Assembly (NCBI RefSeq): GCF_004010195.1
Contig: NC_057746.1
Coordinates: 18,462,187-18,526,051 of the forward strand
DNA length: 63,865 nucleotides
Direction of reading: 5' to 3'
From: Chiloscyllium plagiosum
Taxonomy: Eukaryota
The notes under the pieces were generated by a model, which made no database searches, was not told the DNA's origin, and saw nothing but the letters and a program-made list of their open reading frames with translations. Made by a program: the position numbers and the translations under genes. Positions 59,601 to 63,865 of this stretch are shown here, one piece after another (position 1 is the stretch's first letter; each line of letters opens with the position of its first letter).

Positions 59601-62163
59601 CCAACCAGTCCATGCCGATCGTAATCCCAAACTAAACTAGTCCCACCTGGCCCACATCCCTCCAAACCTTTTCTATTCATGTCTCTATCCAAATGTCTTT
59701 TAAACATTGGAATTGTTTACACATCCACCACTTCCTCATAATGTGCACTCCACACATGAACCACCCTCCGTGTAAAACCAAAATCGCCTCATGTCTTTGT
59801 TTAAAATCCCTCTGCTCTAACCTTAAAAATATGCCCCATAGTCTTGAAGCTTCCCAACTTAGGGAAAAGCCAACTACCATCAACTCTACCTATGCCTCAC
59901 ATTATTTTATAAACTTCTACCAGGTCACCTCTCAACTTCCTACATCCTTGTGAAAAAGGTCCCAGCCTATCCAGCCTTCCTTTATAACCCAAACCCTCCA
60001 TACCCAGCAACATCCTGGTAACTCATGTACCATTTCCTGAAGATAATGTCAGTTGCAGTGCAGTCATGATGACGATAGTGAAAGCTAACAGCGCCGCTGT
60101 CATTACCACTTCAAAACTGACCGAGTTTAAATGATACCTCTTTGTGTAATTAAATTCATTTCATAGTGCATTCAATGTCAACAGGGCCGCCTTTTTATTA
60201 ACCATCACTCGTAGCTAATTGTGGCATCAGTTTTTTTTAAAGATTAGATTCCCTACAGTACGGAAACAGGCCCTTCGGCCCAACAAGTCCACACCGAGTC
60301 TCCGAAGAGCAACCCACCCAAATCCATTCCCCTACATTTATCCCTGACTAATGCACCTAACACTATGAGCAATTTAGCATGGCCAATTCACCTAAACTGC
60401 ACATCTTTGGACTGATTTGGAGATGCCGGTGTTGGACTGGGGTGGACAAAGTTAAAAATCACACAACACCAGGTTACAGTCCAACAGGTTTAATTGGAAG
60501 CACTAGCTTTCAGAGTAGCTCGAAAAGCTAGTGTGCTTCCAATTAAACCTGTTGGACTATAACCTGGTGTTGTGTGACTTTCATCTTTGGACTGTGGGAG
60601 GAAAACGGAGCACCCGGAGGAAATCCACACAGACACTGGGAGAATGTGCATACTCCACACAGACAGTCACCCGAGGCTGGAATCGAACCTGGGGCCCTGG
60701 TGCTGTGAGGTAGCAGTGCTGACCACTGAGCCACCGTGCTGCCTTTCTTGTGATAATAATTCTCCCATCACATTGCTCGATTCATTAGTCAGGATTTTGA
60801 TACCACGCCTATTAAAAACGTTCATATATATCCAAGAAGATAACCTGTCCCTTGGCATTTATGCTGTCACGATCTTGCACCTGTCATAGAATGATATCAC
60901 ATGGAATGAGGCCATTCAGGTCATTATACCAGTGCAAGCGCTTTCAAAGAGCTGCCCAATTAACCCCACTTACCTGCAACTCTGCAGGAAAACTTTAGAT
61001 TAGATTCCCTACAAAATGAAAACAGGTCCTTCGGCCCAACAAGTCCACGTCAACCTTCCGAAGAGTTACCCACCCAGACCCATTTCCCTCACCTATATTT
61101 ACCCCTGACTAATGCACCAATCACTACGGGCAATTTAGCATCGCCAATTCACCTAAACTGCACATCTTTGGACTGTGGGAAAAAAACCCACGCAGACACA
61201 GGGAGAATGTGCAAACTCCACACAGACAGTTGCCTGAGGCAGGAATCGAACCTGGGTCACTGGTGCTGTGAGGTAGCAGCGCTAACCACTGAGCCACCGT
61301 TTGAACAAGACCTTGAACAATTAAACTGCAAATGTTCTGAACCAAATTCCTGACGTGTTCTTTAAAATTGGTGTGGTGTCAGTGCAAATTTAATGGATAA
61401 ACGATTTTACACAAATGTTTGAGACAGTTTCCTGATGGGATTGAGACATAAAGCTAATTACTTGTACTTTTCTCACATTCAATTCTCAGTGAAACGTTGT
61501 CCTATACCTGAAAGTGCATCAAAGGATGAGGTAAGAGAACAGAGACAGTGCCCTTCTTGTGTAACATTTACTTCAACAAATATGACCTGGTTCCAATTAA
61601 AGCTTGCTGTCTAATTGGCATCTGCAGAAGGTGGTAACTGGCAGTTGGAAAGTAGGTGCAAGATGGCATTCATTTCAGGAAAAGCTTTGTTCTGTTTAAC
61701 GAAACTGAAAAGATGGATCCGGCCAACTGGAGTTACTCATCCATTATCTGTTGATCATGCAGCATTTATATGGTCCCTTCAAAACGTGTTTTGATTAGTG
61801 CACTCAACAGAATTATTCATATTCAATATTATCTCATCAAATTGGAAATGGATCAACACAGAAAACTGGGAATATGCTGAACTATTGGAGAAGTACAACT
61901 GGGAAAAATAGACAGATATGCAAATTGTGATTCTCACCTGTTTGATGCTAAAGAGCAAATTGTATTGAACTTGCTGTTTGCATTTTGTAATTAAAGCAAA
62001 CTCTATGCACCCTGTATTAACACGAAAAGCAATAGGATGGGGGGTTTGTGAGGGTCTCTTTAACCAGTGTTCAACTGTACTCCTTAACCATCTTTCCTAT
62101 TCATAATTTGTGCAGGAAAATGGAGAAAATTCTCACCAGTGCGCTGAAGTGGTGAATCTATAG
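29638..62163 (+). CDS. NCR3: NCR3/NKp30-family single VJ-type IgSF receptor (multi-exon: leader, IgV, TM, up to 8 cytoplasmic exons); predicted 223, 249 or 270 aa depending on how exon 46530 is used
   Basis: Exons 29638-29680, 30719-31060, 33450-33563, 39186-39204, 39846-39883, 45856-45896, 46530-(46592 or 46604), 51112-51140, 57939-57973, 61490-61530 and 62116-62163 have AG acceptors and join in frame with matching phases. All donors are GT except the one at 46593. The V domain matches the NKp30 pattern from memory; orthology versus family paralog cannot be resolved here. Confidence 0.75.
30719..31060 (+). CDS. NCR3: VJ-type Ig V-set domain exon (NKp30-like)
   Basis: Acceptor ctctaactttcag|GA. 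Translates GIGAETFHVVQKLPRILVEETQSVLIPCKWTGNVSRPIGSYRWQKDGRNGTEVSGQTAEYRGRVHRSQEDFFNSQDASLLLKELKVTDSGMYYCSVKIMELGEEYGAGTQLTVR, with B-strand Cys, C-strand Trp, DxGxYxC and a J-like YGAGTQLTV in one exon. Shares IGS.W..D, G.EV...T.E.RGR and LG...G.GT.L.V with NKp30. Two N-glycosylation sequons (NVS, NGT). Donor AGAG|GTAACC, phase 1. Confidence 0.93.
31116..31392 (+). mobile_element. HE1-like V-SINE, full length, 55 bp downstream of the V exon
   Basis: gggcggcacggtggcacagtggttagcactgctgcctcacagcgcc head with A/B boxes, V-domain, (taatc) tail. Confidence 0.9.
31577..31737. mobile_element. Penelope-like terminal-repeat insertion nested in a second Penelope-like family fragment
   Basis: 17-bp TSD caaagttaaaaatcaca at 31560-31576 and 31738-31754. 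Confidence 0.75.
32295..32820 (-). mobile_element. CR1-like 3' fragment
   Basis: EYCVQFWSP..KDIIKLEMVQKRFTGMLPG on minus. Confidence 0.8.
33450..33563 (+). CDS. NCR3: Stalk and transmembrane exon AKTKGAMTLWSFLLIGALVNGAFLFIFVLYCVKLRRTK
   Basis: Acceptor ctctttcttctcag|, phase 1 to 1, donor AAAG|GTAAGG; hydrophobic stretch of about 24 residues followed by basic stop-transfer KLRRTK. Confidence 0.88.
34197..34826 (-). mobile_element. Solo LTR-like element (probably Gypsy-type)
   Basis: TG...CA termini, near-TSD aaac/aaat, internal AATAAA on minus; similar in reverse to 57092-57725. Confidence 0.6.
35118..35465 (+). mobile_element. HE1-like V-SINE
   Basis: Head, V-domain and tail match the other copies. 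Confidence 0.85.
35870..37760 (+). mobile_element. Cluster of three CR1-like 3' fragments (35870-36310, 36455-36950, 37270-37760)
   Basis: Repeated L.EVYKIMRG / FTQRV..VWNELP motifs and CR1 3' UTRs. Confidence 0.8.
39186..39204 (+). CDS. NCR3: Cytoplasmic micro-exon A1 (19 nt, GAQWAQR), phase 1 to 2
   Basis: tatccctttgtag| acceptor and CAACG|GTGAGT donor in unique sequence; phase fits both neighbours. Confidence 0.7.
39515..39762. mobile_element. Palindromic insertion of a third Penelope-like terminal-repeat family, in the A1-A2 intron
   Basis: Inverted arms (aaagttaaaaatcacacaac.../...gttgtgtgatttttaacttt); 12-bp TSD ctgctttaaata at 39503-39514 and 39763-39774; degenerate hammerhead cores. 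Confidence 0.7.
39846..39883 (+). CDS. NCR3: Cytoplasmic exon A2 (38 nt, PYRVISEITSVD), phase 2 to 1
   Basis: Long pyrimidine tract ttctttccttttcttgttttgcag|; donor GATA|GTAAGT; contains YxxI. Confidence 0.75.
40690..41101 (+). mobile_element. Penelope-like GIY-YIG 3' fragment
   Basis: Nearly identical to 47545-47955; contains hammerhead motif at 41035-41068. Confidence 0.85.
41690..41995 (+). mobile_element. HE1-like V-SINE
   Basis: tggcacagtggctcagtgattagcactgct head; V-domain. Confidence 0.8.
42555..43815 (-). mobile_element. Penelope-like retroelement spanning a gap
   Basis: Minus-strand RT motifs (GVAMGT.MGPSYA, PFLDLSIS) at 43510-43800; terminal repeat with intact hammerhead core at 42652-42679. 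Confidence 0.8.
42790..43507. other. Assembly gap
   Basis: Run of N. Confidence 1.
44225..45150 (-). mobile_element. Two CR1-like 3' fragments in tandem
   Basis: LYKALVRPFL..; FTERVVRVWNELPEEVV; 3' UTRs. Confidence 0.8.
45856..45896 (+). CDS. NCR3: Cytoplasmic exon A3 (41 nt, NFVTLCAQDGAQDL), phase 1 to 0
   Basis: gcttttgtcttttag| acceptor; CTG|GTAAGT donor; open in the required frame. Confidence 0.72.
46530..46604 (+). CDS. NCR3: Cytoplasmic exon A4 (DNKVASTRYSAVLLSTGLNIK[GSD*]) with ITSM-type TxYxxV; terminal by read-through, or internal if 46593 is a donor
   Basis: gatttgtgttctag| acceptor, phase 0; TRYSAV motif; AAG|GGAAGT donor-like site at 46592/46593; TAA at 46602-46604. Confidence 0.7.
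   Translation, partial: DNKVASTRYSAVLLSTGLNIKGSD
46861..47965. mobile_element. Penelope-like element as a roughly 500-bp inverted duplication of the GIY-YIG endonuclease region
   Basis: ORFs 46883-47398(-) and 47318-47932(+) both encode NVIYKIPCKDCHKHY.GQTGRKLATRIHEH; 13-bp TSD accaaatt(g/a)cagc at 46848-46860 and 47966-47978. Confidence 0.9.
47889..47922 (+). ncRNA. Minimal type I hammerhead ribozyme motif (family 2); copies also at 41035-41068(+), 46938-46971(-), 1486-1519(-)
   Basis: CUGAUGA-U-GUUACC-cagcca-GGUAAU-GAAAC-GUC. Confidence 0.6.
49471..49498 (+). ncRNA. Minimal type I hammerhead ribozyme motif (Penelope-associated, family 1)
   Basis: CUGAUGA-A-GGGC-uuuu-GCCC-GAAAC-GUC: conserved core boxes, 4-bp stem II, palindromic ACGU in place of stem III. 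Confidence 0.65.
50196..50695. other. Assembly gap (exactly 500 N, possibly a placeholder size)
   Basis: Run of N between tail modules A and B. Confidence 1.
51112..51140 (+). CDS. NCR3: Cytoplasmic exon B1 (29 nt, IAKDLHPNNR if phase 0 to 2)
   Basis: Strong acceptor gcattttgttcttgcag| and donor CAG|GTAAGC in unique sequence. Open in all three frames, so the frame is inferred from neighbours. Confidence 0.65.
51605..51945 (-). mobile_element. HE1-like V-SINE
   Basis: Reverse complement of the SINE consensus seen in this window. Confidence 0.8.
52820..55646 (+). mobile_element. Tx1/L1-clade LINE, 5'-truncated ORF2 with stops, spanning a gap
   Basis: Endonuclease end FSDH..WKLN; RT motifs NWRPISLLNVDYKILSK, DQEKAFDRI, GVRQGCPLS, YMDD; C-terminal CPRSGC...ETVTHLLLEC knuckle; AATAAA and poly(A) at about 55614-55646. 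Confidence 0.9.
54298..54972. other. Assembly gap
   Basis: Run of N inside the Tx1-like element. Confidence 1.
56808..56907 (+). mobile_element. Single Penelope-like terminal repeat with hammerhead motif
   Basis: 12-bp TSD tgaactatcaat at 56796-56807 and 56908-56919; CTGAAGA-A-GGGC-ttat-GCCC-GAAACGTC. Confidence 0.8.
57092..57725 (+). mobile_element. Solo LTR-like element, same family as 34197-34826
   Basis: Shares atggcttta.gagg start, gtgaggccttggg, ggaacagttaattagtaata, AATAAA (57581) and ggtctggtccataaca end. Confidence 0.6.
57939..57973 (+). CDS. NCR3: Cytoplasmic exon B2 (35 nt, HDYGYDELNVT), phase 2 to 1
   Basis: cttcccctccttttgcag| acceptor; CAG|GTAACT donor; contains YxxL (YDEL); same phases as A2. 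Confidence 0.7.
58685..59240 (+). mobile_element. HE1-like V-SINE interrupted by a minus-strand CR1 3' end
   Basis: SINE head and V-domain 58685-58965; CR1 tail in reverse at about 58968-59182; SINE 3' end resumes. Confidence 0.75.
59590..60020 (-). mobile_element. CR1-like 3' fragment
   Basis: Same 3' UTR and ORF2 end as the other CR1 copies. Confidence 0.75.
60240..60740 (-). mobile_element. HE1-like SINE with a nested palindromic Penelope-like insertion (60415-60581)
   Basis: 13-bp TSD catctttggactg at 60402-60414 and 60582-60594. Confidence 0.8.
60995..61300 (-). mobile_element. HE1-like V-SINE
   Basis: Reverse complement of the SINE consensus seen in this window. Confidence 0.8.
61490..61530 (+). 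CDS. NCR3: Cytoplasmic exon B3 (41 nt, VKRCPIPESASKDE), phase 1 to 0
   Basis: ttttctcacattcaattctcag| acceptor; GAG|GTAAGA donor; same length and phases as A3. Confidence 0.7.
62116..62163 (+). CDS. NCR3: Terminal coding exon B4 (ENGENSHQCAEVVNL*)
   Basis: ctttcctattcataatttgtgcag| acceptor, phase 0; aligns by eye with A4 (DNKVASTRYSAV vs ENGENSHQCAEV); TAG at 62161-62163; followed by unique UTR-like sequence and AATAAA. Confidence 0.62.
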   Translation, partial: ENGENSHQCAEVVNL

Positions 62164-62826
62164 GATAATGGAAACATTGAACCTAATGTTCTGTTTTTCA
62201 ATGCAGTGGCTCATGGAAATATCTGGTGTGCTACCAGCCCTGTTTAAATTTTCTTCAGTACGTCGGATTAGACATGATATACAACGGAAAACCAGTCTAT
62301 CCAACACAAGCATTTCATATCTGTGGTTAGATGTCACTCAAGCCTGGTCCCACTTTCCTTATTTAAATCGATCATTCAAACCCTTTATTGTCCTTTCCCT
62401 TTTTTGCTTATCTTGTCTCCCATTTAATGCATCAATACTTTGTGCTTTAACCACTCCATGTAGTAAGGTGTTCAACAGACCGAGTTTAGGATAGAGAAGT
62501 CTTTAAAACAATTGGATTCTGTTTGTCTTGTACTGAAGGCTCTGTCACAAAAGGAAACATTCTCTCTTGATTTACTTTGTTGAAACTGTTCATAATTTTA
62601 AAGACTTGCACTCAGCCATTCCTCGACTTTCATTGTTGTTTTCATTTCCCGTTCTTGAGTATCAAAGGAGCAAGTTACTTTTTTCAGTGCCTGTTCCACC
62701 TCCAGGACATTTCAAAGTCCTTTCCAGCCACGGAAGATACCCTATAGCAAATGAGCATCTCTGTATTTTAAACATTTGTTTGTGCTTATCCTATTATCAT
62801 AAGCACTGTAAATATGATTCATGACA

Positions 62827-62832
62827 AATAAA
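62827..62832 (+). terminator. Candidate polyadenylation signal of the NCR3-like gene
   Basis: AATAAA about 660 nt after the B4 stop, followed by a GU/U-rich stretch (tgtgttgtatatgttccgtgtactgtagtgttgtgttc). Confidence 0.5.
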
Positions 62833-63184
62833 TGTTTTGATGTGTTGTATATGTTCCGTGTACTGTAGTGTTGTGTTCGGATGCTATTTGGTTGCCGAAA
62901 TCAGAGTTTTTTGTTTTCATTGTTTCATGGCTGGCCCAGGGTCAAGAAACAGGACAGGTGCCTGGACTGATTAGAATTCATTAGCCAAATAATAATCCCC
63001 TTGCTTCTCCTGTGTACAAATTGTTGTTCCCTTGGAAATTGGAATTCTTGGATCTGTCCTGAGGTGTTTAAATGAAGGGTTTCGACAAATAGGTTCTAAT
63101 TAGTGCACCAAATGCTGGACAGAAATAAATAATTGCATGACATGTATTTGATGTTGACTGTCCTACACAATATGTTGTTCAATA

Positions 63185-63525
63185 TCATGAGGGTCATGGT
63201 TAGGATAAATAGACAATGTCTTTTTACTGGGGTGGGGGAGTCCAGAACTAGCGGGCATAGGTTTAGGGTGAGAGGGGAAAGAGTTAAAAGGGACCAAAGG
63301 TGTAACTTTTCCACACAGAAGATGGTACGTGTATGGAATGAGCTGCCAGCGGAAGCGGTGGAGGCTGGGACAATTACAACATTTAAAAGGGTATATGAAT
63401 GGGAATAGGTCTAGAGGGATATGGGCCAGGTACTGGCAGGCGGGACTAGATTTGGTTAGGATATCTGGTCGGCATGGACGAGTTAGACCGAAGGGTCTGT
63501 TTCTGTGCTGTACAGCTCTACGACT
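63185..63525 (+). mobile_element. CR1-like 3' end
   Basis: IMRVMVRINRQ..GESRTSGHRFRVRG..VRVWNELP. Confidence 0.85.
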
Positions 63526-63865
63526 GCAAACATGTGCTCAGGGAATGCAACTAAACCTTTTCATACTAATTTGTTGTTCTAATTCTACAATTACCTGAAA
63601 AATTAGGAATACTGTAACATCAGACCTTTCATTCGACTTTTTACTAAATAACAAACTGTGGCTAAACTAGGTCTTTCAAAAATGCCATTTTCGTTTCCCC
63701 TGAAACTGACAGGCATGGTTAAACCAGGAGCCAACCACCCATCTCAACCTACCTGACCAGCAGGGAGCCCACACACTGTGTGTAAAGTTGGTGTAATACA
63801 TCAGCCAATATTACTCTTCAGCGGCTTTGGTGGTCAGTGTAGCAAGTCATACACCCACTCTCCAC

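Overview
Repeat-rich cartilaginous-fish (shark) genomic DNA, judged from HE1/V-SINEs, HER1/CR1-type LINEs, Penelope-like, Rex1/Babar and Tx1-like elements. It has four assembly gaps. One host gene can be reconstructed on the + strand: an NCR3/NKp30-family receptor. It has a candidate non-coding exon 1 ending at 26189, a leader exon (29638-29680), one unrearranged VJ-type IgV exon (30719-31060) and a transmembrane exon with no charged residue (33450-33563). Eight small phase-compatible cytoplasmic exons follow over about 23 kb (39186-62163) and form two related four-exon modules (A and B). Module A carries YRVI...FVTL and an ITSM-type TRYSAV; module B carries YDEL and a Tyr-to-Cys decayed terminal motif. 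The donor that would join A to B reads AAG|GGAAGT instead of GTAAGT. This predicts a 223-aa ITSM-bearing read-through isoform or a 249-aa exon-skipping isoform, against a 270-aa form if the site were GT. Other points: three families of Penelope-associated minimal hammerhead-ribozyme motifs, often as palindromic insertions with 12-17 bp target-site duplications (TSDs); a 2.6-kb composite minisatellite rich in RUNX and TALE motifs upstream of a CpG-rich candidate promoter; a TA-flanked MITE family; two solo-LTR-like elements; and weak hints of a divergent minus-strand transcript. All exon calls come from reading splice signals and phases by eye, with no transcript evidence.
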